Shown: in pieces, positions 52,560-64,000 of the stretch | Layout of the letters: every line of letters starts with the position of its first letter | Position numbering within the stretch: the stretch's first letter is position 1 | From: Vicugna vicugna | Lineage: Eukaryota | Assembly (NCBI GenBank): GCA_013265495.1 | Contig: MU058418.1 | Span: 2,258,917 to 2,322,916, forward strand | Direction of reading: 5' to 3' | Length of the DNA stretch: 64,000 nucleotides | Translations under genes and position numbers: made by a program | The notes under the pieces: model-generated | Database searches by the model: none | Seen by the model: only the letters and a program-made list of their open reading frames with translations | What the model was told of the DNA's origin: nothing

Positions 52560-54380
52560 ACTGGCTGCAAGTGGAAATGTCCCACACCCACACTTACCCT
52601 GGGGACTTAATGCACTCTCGGGGCCAGGAGCAACTCAGGGCTGTATGGAATTATTCTTTAACAGTGGCACAAATCTCTACCTTATGCCATAGGGTGTGAT
52701 TTTTTTGTGCGGCCCATTGTGGCCCTTGGGGAAGGGCTTCCACTTGGCCATCCCAACTCTGAGAACTCTTAACTCACAGTCCAAGGGTCTAATGTGTAGG
52801 TTACTCCAACTGCCACGTATATCTGGGAACTGAACAAGGGATTGTGGCGTTCTATTGGGGTGTCCTCAGCGTCCTGCTCCTTCCTTCTTTCGCCAGTTAT
52901 TAAGCAGCATTCTTGGTGGTAGCCCATTTTCCCCCAGGGACATGATGCTCTACAAATCGTCTTCACCGGGTAGGCTGAGCTCCTTGGCTGCTTGTCCCGA
53001 TTTCTGCTCATCACAGCACTTGTAGCCTCCTGGCTCTGACAGGCAAGTGCTGCCACCTGACCTCTACAGCTTTAGGTCTACCCCTGTGGTTATCAACAGG
53101 CTCAGCTCTGTAGCCATCTTTCTGTCCACACTGAGTCCTGGCAGGCAGAGGAGGCATCAACACAGAACTTCCTAATGTTGCCAGTGTCCCTCTCACCAGT
53201 GCATTCCTGATGGCCTTGCTGAAGGATATGTCTTCTGGTCTCACATGATAAATCCACACCAGCATTCCCACTTCCCTCAGCCTCTTCATTGCTTCCTCTA
53301 ACAACTCCAGGACAGTTCAAGCATTTCCACTGTGCTCAACATGGACCATCACTTTCCCTGGGCTTCTAGGAGCCACCCTACCAGTAACAGTCTCATCCTA
53401 TAGGGTATTGCCAGGGTATTAAATCCCGTACCTCAGCAGTATCCCCAAGTCAATGTATGCTTGTTTCCCTAGTCTTACATTCCAGCCTCTTGATCAAGCT
53501 TCTCAACAGAGGCAAAAGCCCTTGCAAATGTGATGATTTAGGCATCAAAATCCAACCACAGGGCACTCTCCTGGCTCCTGCCACACATGCACACTACTTA
53601 TCACAGCTCCTTTGGTGTACAGTCCCTTCACGTCCCTTACCTGCCGGGCACATCCCCAGCCAGATTATGCTGGAATTAAACCCTAGTTGTAGGCCTGGTG
53701 ACCAGGCCAGAAACTGTAGGGGCAGCCCGTGAGGGGTTACTTGTTGTCTCGTTGGAGAGAAGCCTCTGCAGCACCTGGAGCGTGGGGAAGTGCCAGCTCT
53801 CACTAGGGAGAGTAAGTACTGCAAGCCCTGTGAGTTCAGGGAGTCTGCAGAGCTGACATCTGCAGAGGCGTCTGCCCAGGCGTCCCTAACCTACAGTCCA
53901 GGGCCCTAGATTTTCTCAGTGGGGGTTCCAACCTTAGTACACCAGACATGCCTTGGCTGAGCATGTAAGCATTTCTGGATCTCTGTGACTCAACTCTCCA
54001 GTCCTCAGAGGCTGCTCAGCTGTTTCTACTCTTCACAGCAGAAGAGAAAGTCCTCTTGCTAGCTGCCCAAGGGGACCTCTGGTGCTCACATTTAGCTTTT
54101 AACTTCTTGTTAATGGCCTTCAGTTTCTCATTATCCCTCTACGAAGCATCAGTACAACTTAGCAGTAACCAACTAGCCCCACCAGCCTCCCTGTCCTTGC
54201 ACTGTTCCAACCATGTCTTTCAAATGCCTCCGTCATCACATCTGCAAGGGCACTTGCCTCTACCAGGACCTTTCCCATGTCCCCATCAATGAGATCTTTA
54301 GCAATTGTGTACTGCTCAGGTGTATGGGGCACAGTGTCCTCTTGGCCTGCCATGAAATGCATGAATATGTCTGGATGACT
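52560..54380 (-). mobile_element. ERVL (class III) internal region, gag remnant
   Basis: ORF 53011-53304(-) EEAMKRLREVGMLVWIYHVRPEDISFSKAIRNALVRG resembles ERVL Gag. Confidence 0.8.
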
Positions 54381-54387
54381 ATTTTCT

Positions 54388-54569
54388 TGGGTTGCTGGAT
54401 AAAATGCAGAATACCCAGTTAAATTTGAATTTCAGATTAACAATGAGGTTTTTTTTTTTAAACATGTGTTCCCTGCAATATTGGAGATATACTTGTGTTA
54501 AAAAATTAACCTAAAATTCAAATATAACTAGATATCTTGTATTTTTATTTGCTAAATATGGCAACTCTG
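54388..54569. mobile_element. MER53-like hAT MITE
   Basis: gggttgctggataaaat...cccagttaaatttgaatttcaga...gctaaatatggcaactct; palindromic. Confidence 0.8.
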
Positions 54570-54584
54570 CTCCTTGGTACCACT

Positions 54585-54972
54585 TGTGTTGGTTCAGTTT
54601 CTCCAAGAAGCAGAAGACATGTACTGGGGACATGTCTGTAAAAGATAAAGAAGAGGAGCCCAGAGAAGTCTCTGGCACCTGTAGAGAAGAGGGGACATGG
54701 GAGGAGGATTGGGTAGGAAGAGTCTCAGACTCCCACACAGTTCAAGGAAATTTTGGCCAGTCTACTGGGGAGTCCTCAAGCCAAAGTTACCCTTTAGAGG
54801 GGTCCTGCCTCATTCTCCAGCCTTGCTCAGTATTGTCTAGGAGCAGCTTTCAGGAATGTGGCCTCAGCACAAATGCAGGGGGTGGACCCAGAGGGGCAGC
54901 AGCTGAAGCTGTCAATCACTTATGTTCCCCATAGCAAGAGAGCTGAATATCGCATTTTCTCAGTGATCACAG
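54585..54972 (-). mobile_element. LTR16-like ERVL LTR
   Basis: ctccaagaagcaga...ggaagagtctcagact...cagcagctgaagctgtcaatcact. Confidence 0.7.
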
Positions 54973-54989
54973 CACCAGATGGGTCACTC

Positions 54990-55625
54990 TGTTAATTCAG
55001 GTCCTTTAGGAAGCAGATGTTGAGTTAGGAATGTGAAAGGTTCGAGGTATCAGAGGCCAAGTCTGTGAAAGATAAAGAAGAGACAAGGCAAACAGGGGAA
55101 GGTATAGCCCAGTGGCAGAGCATGCATAAGGTCCTGGGTTCAATCCCCAGTACCTCCATTAGAATAAATAAATAAACAAACCTAATTACCTCCCTACCCC
55201 CAAAAAATAATTTAAAAGAGAGAGAGAGAGAGAGAGAGAAGGCAAGACTGTGCAGTAAAAGTCTTCAGATTGCAATGCTGATGCTGATACGACCCCTGTG
55301 AAAAGAGAGGAGGAAGGAAGCCAGATTTGGCTGAGAGAGCCTCAGACTGTGATGCAGGTACGACAAAGTTCTGTCCAGCCTGATGGGGAGCTCCAGAGAA
55401 AGCCTGCCCATCAGAGGAGCCCCTCACTGAGCAGAAACGATTAGCCCTTGGCACCCTCACTATGCCCAGCCATTGGCCTGGGGCTGTCCGCCAGGGGCGT
55501 GGCGTCAGCCCCTCCGCGGCGCGGGCAGCTGCAGCTGGGTGTCAGCCTGCCGCTCTCCTCACAACTGAATGGCAATGTTCTTTCTTGAAGGTAGATCTGA
55601 ATGCTGTCCCTCCCTGGCTACCAGT
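54990..55625 (-). mobile_element. Second LTR16-like LTR carrying a SINE insertion
   Basis: ggaagcagatgttgag...gagagcctcagactgtgatgcag...ccagccattggc; similar to 54585-54972. Confidence 0.7.
55095..55238 (+). mobile_element. tRNA-Ala-derived SINE (vic-1-like) with internal deletion and (GA)n tail
   Basis: GGGGAAGGTATAGCCCAGTGG...GGTCCTGGGTTCAATCCCCAGTACCTCCA...cctaattacctcc; flanked by aaggcaa on both sides. Confidence 0.88.
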
Positions 55626-55889
55626 CACCAGTAGACAGAGTTCTGCACTATTTATTAAGTCTCCATGACCGTGCTGCTGCAGGGACTACAACAGTGAATA
55701 CGACCTAGGAACACCCCTGCCCACAGGACCTACCGTTTGGCTGAGCCGCGAAGAAAGCCGTAAACAATTCTACCTAAGCGCGGGGTGGTAGCAGTGCTGG
55801 TGTGCTCTAATTCTAGGGTATTGTATTGTTGGTCCAGGCTCAGCTATTAGGTTGCTGAGACTCTCAAGAGACATGGTCACCTCCAGCTG

Positions 55890-56125
55890 AGACAGTATAG
55901 CATAGAGTCTAAGTTACAAGATTTAGAATCAGAGAATCTTGGTTCAAGTCCCTGGTCTAGCATTTAGCAAAAAGGGACTTTGAACAATGTTCAACCTCTG
56001 TGAGCCTCATTTTCTGTTCCTATTAAAGAGGTAGGATGTGACTTTTAGAACCTCATTTAGATTACCATAGGATTACATGAGGCATTTTATGTAGAGTTTA
56101 GAAGACTGCCTGGCCCATAGCGAGC
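55890..56125 (+). mobile_element. MIR
   Basis: ggttcaagtccctgg...aacctctgtgagcctcattttc. Confidence 0.65.
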
Positions 56126-59089
56126 CCCCCCCCCTTTTTTTTAATGCTAGTATTCCTACTAAAAACTCATTTGAGATTCCTCAACTGGGGAAAAGTTGCC
56201 AGACGTTTGAGACATCTGCAAAGATTAGTCAATCCTCTCTGTCTCAGCACCTAGTCCTGCTCTGGTTTGGAGTAAAAGACTAGAAGCAGCACAGTGGGAG
56301 GTGGTGAGAGGCCAAGGAGAGCTACTGATCTCAAAAAAGGTTCTGACCACATTGTTAACAAGCAAGGTGGCTGAGAGGCAGTTTTCAGAGAGGAGGGATC
56401 CTGCCTTAGACACGTGGTCCTGGGGTGTCACTAGACTTCTGCTAATTGGCAGTGCCCATGAAGCAATGTACCCTACTCCTGGGATACTCATCCAAGAAAA
56501 GCAGGGTCTAGAATGGTCCTGTCAACCATGCAAGAGGCCCAAGATCCTTTCTGGACTATAAAATATTTGCTAAAAGAAGGCTACATGGCTGCTAAGACTG
56601 GTATTTGGGGGAAATGTCATGAGCTCAGAGGGCAGCCTGCCCTGGAAGAGAGGGCAACCTGCCTCTGTAGGCAGGACATGATTGGGCGGCCTTACCCATC
56701 AGCATGGAGCAAAATGGAGCTTTTTATTCATTGTAATTCCAAAGTGGCAAATTCTTCCTAGAAAAAGCATCAGGGAAAGACATCACATGGTGGGGAAGAT
56801 CACATGTTGGGGGCCGGGTGTGTGTGAGTAGTGAGGCCTGGTGGGTGTGCAGACATGGGAGCATGATGGTAGAGAAGCCTACACTAGGGGAGGGAGTGGA
56901 GAGAGAAGGGAGCATGAGATTGAGCGTGAGAGGAAAGTATAAAAGCATGGTCAAGAGCTGGGCTTCAGGAGGGATTCGACTGGATTTTAAGTATGAGTGT
57001 GTATTTTTTTTTTACATAAATGTATTTTACATAAATATATCTAGCATATTGTTTTTTTAATGTGACACTATACTGAGACTGGTCCCAGAAGTGGCCAAAT
57101 TGTATCTGGGTTACACACGTGTCCCTGGAAGCTGCCACAGTGATGGGCTAATTGTGTTGTGAAGCCAAGGAGTAGGGAGTTTCCCTTGGGGGGTCTCATA
57201 ACCTAGGACTGAATGCAAATGCTGAAGGTCTGAAGCCTGAGGACTGTTTCTGGTCTCATGATGCCAGTGGGGCAGCAGTGTCCCCATCCTCTTTCACAGC
57301 ACTGTGAAGCCCAGCAGAGGCTGCTTCTCTGGCCAGACAGGCAGCACCTTCCAGAATTCAGAAAGTAGTGATGCTCAGGTGGCTGGAATGGGCCATCCAG
57401 AGCAAAGTGACCTTGAGATTTTCTGCCAACTGAAAGCATGCAGATACGCAAAGGTAAATGTTTTCCAGACTTTAGGATGCAGTCTGTCCCTTGGGCCCTT
57501 TCCACCAAGGGCTGCACTGCTGAGAAGTGAGGAAGAGGTGATTGGAAGGGGTGCGGCCCTAACCTCAGCTCAGCCAACAAGGATTCCAACTCCTGGGGAC
57601 AGCGTGTGCATATGAAGGAAGAAAGGGCTTCTCTTTACTGGGGGAGGGCAGGGCCACCCGGAGCAGAGTAATGGGAGGCCAGCAGGACCATGATGCTTAC
57701 AGTGGCAAGTGACGCTGAGAGTCACGTACACCAGTGAGGGGAACAGAAATGCCAAACCAGGCATACTTCATTTAACACTTCAAAGAGACAAGTTCATTTT
57801 TATTTTAAAAAGTCACTCTGTTAAGGTTGCAGACAAGCTCATCTGGTGCCCAGAAAAACCCTCTATGTGAAAATCCTTAGGTTATTTTAAAGTTGTATCT
57901 TTAGCAACTGGAATCTGATTGAACTGGAGGCACACTGAGCTGCAGGCCTTGAAAGGCAATTTGAGGCCAGGCTCTGCCCTAGAAGGAGCAGGGAGATGGT
58001 GGCCGGCCCTTCTGAGCCATCTCCCTTGGGGCCTCCAAAGAGAGTGGAATCAGGGCTCTTGATTGCTCTGGTTTTGACTCTCAAATTTAATACCTGTCAC
58101 CTCCATGGGTTTTTAATAAAACCTGATTACAAGGCAGTTACTTTATATGTAACAGTGCACAGAGGTCCATTTCAAGTTAAAAAGTGTCTACATAGTTGAA
58201 AAACAAGTGTGCATTCCTCAACAGGAGAAAGCTTTCTGATTGAACTCCCAGGGCCAATAGTGTCAGCTGTTCCTTTATTTGGGAACTATGTTCACGAAAT
58301 AGCACACCAAAACCTATAATGGGGCGAGCATTTCCCATGGAGGCTGTACAGAAGGGCTTCCTTCCATGGTTAGAGAGCAACACTCTTTCGGGTCCACACA
58401 GAATGGGGGATTCTGCCTAGCCTCGGGGTGGGGATTGCAGGCAAAAAGCACAAAGAACTCTGCAGAGTGGGAGCCCTGGTGCCCACGCCTGTCTGCTGGG
58501 GGCCCCAGCACATGGGAGGGAGCCAATTAGACAACCCGGAGCTTTAAGTAATTCCTCAGCCTTAGCAGTGAAGTGTTAATCTTGACACTTCCAGAGATGA
58601 GCACTCCCAGGTGCTTTCTGAGCCAAGGCTTCTTTTTGGCCATGACCCTTGCCATTCTTACCACGCAACCACTAGCCTTCCGTATCACTTTTTCTGTCTT
58701 AAGCGGTCCCTGCCCTCCTCCTCCAATTGAACCCCCCAAAGACTGTGAAAGGATGGCTGCCTAATTAATATGAAGGTGTTCATTTATTCCTTGGCTTAAG
58801 CACACATCCAGCAAATTTTTTTGTGCATCTGCTATGGACTAGACTGGGTGGGAGCATAGAGACTATAGAATTAGGGACCAGGTCTCCCCAAGTATGTCTG
58901 CCAGTTCCCAAAAGGAAGAGGCCATATGCCAAAGTAGGACCATAATAAGATTCGACTCGATCACCTGCTCCATCTCAGCTCTTTGCTAGAGACTGAGAAT
59001 ACACTGGCAGGCAGAGCATCGCTCCTTTCCTCAAGGAGTTGACCATCTGTAGAGAAGAGAGGCAAGAAAAAGGCACTTTGGACCCATAA

Positions 59090-59712
59090 TGGTAAGGATA
59101 TTTGGTAAGTACGGGGCATCAGGGGAGAGCACACAGACTGCTGCCAGAGAATAGGTTCTTGCCTCTGGCAGGAAAGAATTTAAGAGTGAGGCATAGGAAA
59201 GTGAAAGCAAGTTTATATAGAGAGACACACATTCCATTGACAGTGAGATCTGTCTCACTCAGAAGGGAGAGAGGCTTAGGAGAAATACATTCCATGGGCA
59301 GAATGCGGGCCATCTCAAAAGGTGAGAGGGAGAGAGACCGAGAGTTGTAGGGGTGTTTAGTTTAAAGTAAAAGTAGTTACACACTCCATAGACAGAGTGT
59401 GGGCCATCTCAGAAGGCAACAGAGAGCAGCCATGAGATGCAGGGTTGTTAATTTCCACAGGTTTGGTAATTTCATATGCCAATGAGTAGGAGGATTATTC
59501 CAATTATTTTGGTGGAGAGGTGGAGTTTCAAGAATTGGGTCCCCTAACCCACTTCAGCCTAGGAACTGTCATGTTGTCTATGGCTGTGCCATGGGGCTCA
59601 AGGTCTAGTGGAAGTTGAATCTTCTGCCATCTTGGTTCTAACCAGTTTGTCCTGTCCTCAATTGCTGTCATTCCTTCAGTGGTTGCACCCTGCCCCCTTC
59701 CCTCCTGTCTCA
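59090..59712 (-). mobile_element. Solo LTR (ERV1-like, artiodactyl type)
   Basis: Minus-strand start TGAGACAGGAGGGAAGGGGGCAGGG; ccaagatggcag; TATAAA PAS-like (tttata on +). Confidence 0.7.
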
Positions 59713-61129
59713 AGATGGGCACCCAGGCCGGCAGGACTTTGCTGAGTAGGTAGACACAAGACTGAAAACAAGGCTTCCTGTGGACACATTATCTGTTGGT
59801 TCTCCACTGTGTGCAGGAATCCCTTCACCAACGTGCTACTAATTTTTAATCAGTGTGTACAACTCATTCAATGCTCACTGAGTCTTCGTACAGCAGGGCT
59901 GTTTTCAGACTGAAGGGGAGCTTGGCTGGTTGGGCAGTGTGATGGGGAGCAGGTACCATCACTGCAGGTAAGAGGTGAGGAGTGAAGCTCAGTCAAGTAC
60001 CCCTGAAGGAGAGGACTCCCAAATACTGGGCCGTAGGAGAACCTGGCCCCAGAGCACTCGAGCGGTGGCTCGGGCAGCAACCACTCCGCTCAAACAGCCA
60101 GGCTGAGCTGAAAGCAGTGAGGGGAATAGGACGATTGCTGTGCTATGCTGCGGTAAGTTTTGTTTTGCAAAGATTGTTGACTGGTTTTGTGCTGTTCTCG
60201 CCTTTTGACACCTTCATGTATATCACCAAACAATTTGGTATTAGAAAGAATGCTGTGATCACTCCACACAAAAGAGCTTTATAGTCTGACCTCAGAGGAG
60301 CAAAGGGGTCACATTTTCCGCTTCCAACATGGATAATAACACACAGTCCAGTCTGAACCCAGACTCAGAGAGGGTAAAGCTCACCTGTGAAAGGGTTTAA
60401 TCAAACACTCCCTTTTGCCATAAATGACTCAGCCATTTCTCTACACATTTTTTGAAAAATTGTTTTCACTATGAGACTTTGACTTTACTCCCACATTCTG
60501 AAGAAAGGGCAGAGGAGGTATTAACAGTTTGTGGCACTGCAGGCAACATATTAGCCACAAAAGCTTTCAAGGTGGGAGACCTGTGCAAACAACCTGGGAC
60601 CGCAGCCTCCCTGCAGGTTGGCCACCTGAGGAGGGAGGCGGTTCCTTGCCAGCAGGGGCTCTGATGTTCCTACACTCCTGGTGCTCAGCGGTGGCATTTA
60701 GCAGTGACCTCACAGGCTGGAGTGCTATGAAGACTCTACTCTTTGGGGATCCAGACACTGAATCTAAAAAAAGCACCACTCACTCTGCATCAAGCCAGGC
60801 CAAATGCCCCTGGAGCAGGCTTCTCCTCCGCTCCCACGAAAGGTCTAATCTGAAGTGAGGAGCTGTTGCAGGGACTCTGGGGTGCCGGGAGGCCAGTGAG
60901 TGGAATGGACTCTCAGAGCTGGAGAGGCAGTTTAGAGCCATAAAGGGCCTTAGGAAATTGCTTTTCCCTCTTCAGATGCTCTTAAAGGACTACTTACATG
61001 TCTCTACCATCAAGTCCAGCTTTATCTTAAGTCACTCTCCTCAAGTCAACCCTGCCCAGCGACAGACAGCAACTCTGCTGCCGAGCCCTGTTTTGCACAG
61101 GGTTGTCCCTGCAGAACACAGGCAGACAA

Positions 61130-61265
61130 GTTCAAGTGCAAGTTTGATTGACAGGGCTTTACATATGTTCTCACTTTAACTCTCACAACAAGTCTGTGAA
61201 TACGTGTTATTTTTCCATGTGGTGGGAGAATCTTTAGGGAGAGTAACCTTTCCCCCTGACAGTTC
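61130..61265 (-). mobile_element. MIR fragment
   Basis: ggctttacatatgttctcactttaactctcacaacaagtctgtga. Confidence 0.55.
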
Positions 61266-61471
61266 ACCCCTTTCCTCCCCCTCTCCTCTCACAGCCAGGC
61301 CATTTAGGGGCCACAGCTGTTACAAAGGAAATGACAGGAGCATTTCTTTGTTGGTTTCCGTGAGCCAGTGACAGGGAAGAAAGGGGAGGACTATTGGAAT
61401 TGCCAAAATGTTTGATGATTTAAAAAAAAGAGGGATTCGCTTTTCGTATCCCCCCTCCCCTTGCTGGTCCC

Positions 61472-61472
<1 letters not shown>

Positions 61473-61508
<36 letters not shown>
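61473..61508. repeat. (AC)18 microsatellite
   Basis: Perfect dinucleotide run. Confidence 0.98.
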
Positions 61509-61512
<4 letters not shown>

Positions 61513-61562
61513 AAATGGTGGAGAAACAAGAATAGACTTTGGATGGTCCTAGAGAGAGGGGC

Positions 61563-61700
61563 TGTAGTAGGTTATAGTTTCCAAAGATGTCCCCCACAAC
61601 AGTGTCGCCCATACCACATGCTCTCCTTATGACGTGATTGTGACAGTCTTCCCAAAGCGTAGTGGGGTCGTGTCCCCTCCCTTTGAGTCTGGACAGGATG
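61563..61700 (+). mobile_element. MLT1G/H-like LTR 5' part
   Basis: tgtagtagg...ccaaagatg...cccctccctttgagtctgg. Confidence 0.55.
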
Positions 61701-61789
61701 GAGACTCCAGATCTCTAGGCATTGTCTGATCTCTGTCTGATCTCTGGGCCCTGCAGAGTCCCACCACCACTTCTAGTCCAATTTTTTTT

Positions 61790-61943
61790 TTCCCAGCTAC
61801 CTCTGCTCTATTCCAGGAACAACCCTCAGTTAGGAGGAAGGTTGAAGGTTCTTCCTGAGTCTTTTCCACCTTGATTGTTTTCAGCTCAAAGTCATCCATG
61901 TGCCAAAGTGACACATTTAGGGGTGGCAATATTGCTCCCCTAT
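61790..61943 (-). mobile_element. MER34-like ERV1 LTR fragment
   Basis: ttcagctcaaagtcatccatgtgccaaagtgacacatttaggggtggcaatattg. Confidence 0.65.
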
Positions 61944-62455
61944 AATCTTCAAGCTTAATTCTCTAAATCTTTTATTTGAAAATTATCTTGTGGCTACCTC
62001 TGGTCAGAGGAATTGAATCTAATCTGTTTCGAGATGAACTTGGTGAGCTTTTCTAGTTCTGTCTGGGACAAAGCTGAGGGGAGTGTTTTATTCAGTTGTA
62101 GCCATTAACAAGAGAAAACAAAGCAAAACAGCCAGAGTAGAAGGTAACACAGAAAGCTGGTGTTTGATTCTGACATCAGACAGCTCTCTGGGCATTCAAA
62201 ACTGTATGCAACGACTTTCCAACTCTGACTTCACTGGGGGAAAACATTTCAAATGTTTTAAAGCATTGGATCAAATGAGGTAAGACTCCTTTAGAAAAAA
62301 CTATGATAGTTAAAATGTCATTGCTTTCCCTGATTTCTATAATTAAAGTGCACCTCATTCTGGAGAGGATGATGAGTCTGAATGTTTTTCAATGAATGAT
62401 GCAGCATGTGAACCAACAAATAAATACGTGGAATACGATGGTAACACACGATTAC

Positions 62456-63236
62456 TGTGACCATTTTTCCTGAGGGCCTGAACTTCCCCTACTGAGCACA
62501 TCACGTTTTCTAGACCCAGGGAAGTATTTCCGGGATGGGTGATCCAACCCCTGACCTCCCAGAAGGGTAGGGTGGGGAAATAAAAGGTATAAAATCATAG
62601 CTGGTTGGTGTGGTAGAAGAGAAAGTCAAGAGGGGGAGAGACGAGGTGGGGCCGGGTCTTGTGGAGAGTGGCCTAGAGCTGATATTCCTGGGAGCCATGA
62701 CTTGTCACTAGATCACTTTTGCTCTGGACACCATAGTGGACACATTCCTGGGTGGGAGCAGGAACTATATACGCAGTGCAATTCTGCCACTCATGCAAGT
62801 GGGGTCTGAAAACTCAGGTTGTCCAAGTGTAACCGAGCAGGACCCTGTGCAAGCTTCCTGGGGCAGACCCCTCCCCAGCTCCTCTGCTTCAGCTGCTCTG
62901 AAGTATCTGAATAACAGTATGACCATGAGTACATAGCCCCCAGACCTACTGGAGCCTGAGGATAATGTTAAGCCTGGTGACACCGCCCTGTTACCTCAAC
63001 AATGACCCGAGAACTGTGCATGAGCTGATCACATGTGGTGGGACACCCCTCCCTCACCTGGCCTTTAAAAAGTCTTCCCAAAACCCGTCGGGGAATTCAG
63101 GTGTTATGAGCACTAGTGAGTGCTCCTTGCTGGACACCCTGAAATAAACGCTGCACTTTCCTTCAACACAGCACGGTGTTGGTAGATTAGCTTTACTGCG
63201 TGCAGGTGAGCAGAGCCAAGGGCTGGTTCCGTGACG
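62456..63236 (+). mobile_element. Solo LTR (ERV1-like)
   Basis: TGTGAC start, tttaaaaag TATA-like, AATAAA at about 63143, U5-like end ggttccgtgacg. Confidence 0.65.
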
Positions 63237-63857
63237 TAAAAGCAGGGTGAATAGAACCCTTTTCAGTCTGTATTGTCACATAAAGCACAGAAATCAAGAA
63301 AGTTTCACACAACTGACTACAGAATGAACTTCAAGTCCCAAATAATCGAGGGCCTCTCCTCCCAAGACCTTCATGTCCCACCCAGGACCTTCCTGACTGT
63401 CCTCTCCTCCAGGAATAGGACTTGATTCCACCTTTGAGAACGGGGCTGCCCGGAGGAGGAGAATCAGTTACCTAAGGCCAAATTCCTGCCTTACCCGAGC
63501 TGGCGTTGCCATCAGGAGCAGGACTGGGCGAGCTCACTGTGTGGGGGGTCGTCCCCTCCTCTCCTCTCCCAGGAACCCCCGCAGAGTGTGGAGCCTTTCT
63601 GGTGGTGGCACTGTGGTTGTTTTTCTGGTTGACTGTGTAGGGAAGCTGAATTTGCCACCTTGTCTCCCCTCCACCCCTGGCCCTCATAGTACAAATGGGG
63701 AAACTGAGACTGGAGATACCGGGTGACTCAGATCACATGATGAGGGTGTTTGAGAGCCCAGTCAGGACCCCCACCCCATGCATTTCCCTGTGCCCTCTTG
63801 TCCATGTTACAGATCACCAGACTGTGAACACGAGCGCGGGATTATTCCTTACCTTTC

Positions 63858-64000
63858 TGTTTCGAATCCAAGTTCGTGTGCCGGACGCACAGTGAGGCCA
63901 AGCTAACCGAGACGTCGGAGTTTGAAGCAGAGAAAAGTTTGCTGCAAGGGCCGAGCAAGGAAAACGAGCAGCACATACCCAAAAAGCCTAAACTCTCAGA
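63858..64000 (-). mobile_element. LTR (U5 end), runs off the window
   Basis: tgtttcgaatccaagttcgtgtgcc...ggagtttgaagcagagaaaagtttgctgcaaggg, typical antisense ERV1 U5/R. Confidence 0.65.

Noticed and set aside
60425..60433. AP-1/ARE-like TGACTCAGC enhancer
   Set aside because: A single short motif is expected by chance in 64 kb, and there is no independent support.

Overview
Mammalian genomic DNA, most likely a camelid. It has two tRNA-Ala-derived SINEs of vic-1 type, and I saw no Alu, Bov-tA/BovB, PRE-1 or Can-SINE. The only host coding sequence I can support is the terminal coding exon of FIG4 (PI(3,5)P2 5-phosphatase, + strand, 39318-39495), followed by a short 3' UTR with ATTAAA. Bases 1-39317 appear to be the final FIG4 intron (the previous exon lies upstream of the window), and everything after about 39.7 kb is intergenic. 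The window is dominated by repeats: L1, L2, L3, MIR, MaLR/ERVL/ERV1 LTRs, Charlie1 and MITEs. The most notable feature is a non-autonomous, ORF1-only ('half-L1', HAL1-like) retrotransposon present as two independent insertions (full-length 19123-21499; 5'-truncated 34050-35195). In both copies ORF2 is replaced by the same 3' cassette of two ANTISENSE L1-ORF2 fragments joined by a shared linker. Other candidates are an 87-nt cassette exon that would give FIG4 an alternative C-terminus, a decayed ERV1 provirus with a CpG-rich leader pointing at the FIG4 3' end, and a four-layer nested TE stack. Repeat family names come from my recollection of consensus sequences, and boundaries are approximate unless target-site duplications (TSDs) or terminal repeats are quoted.
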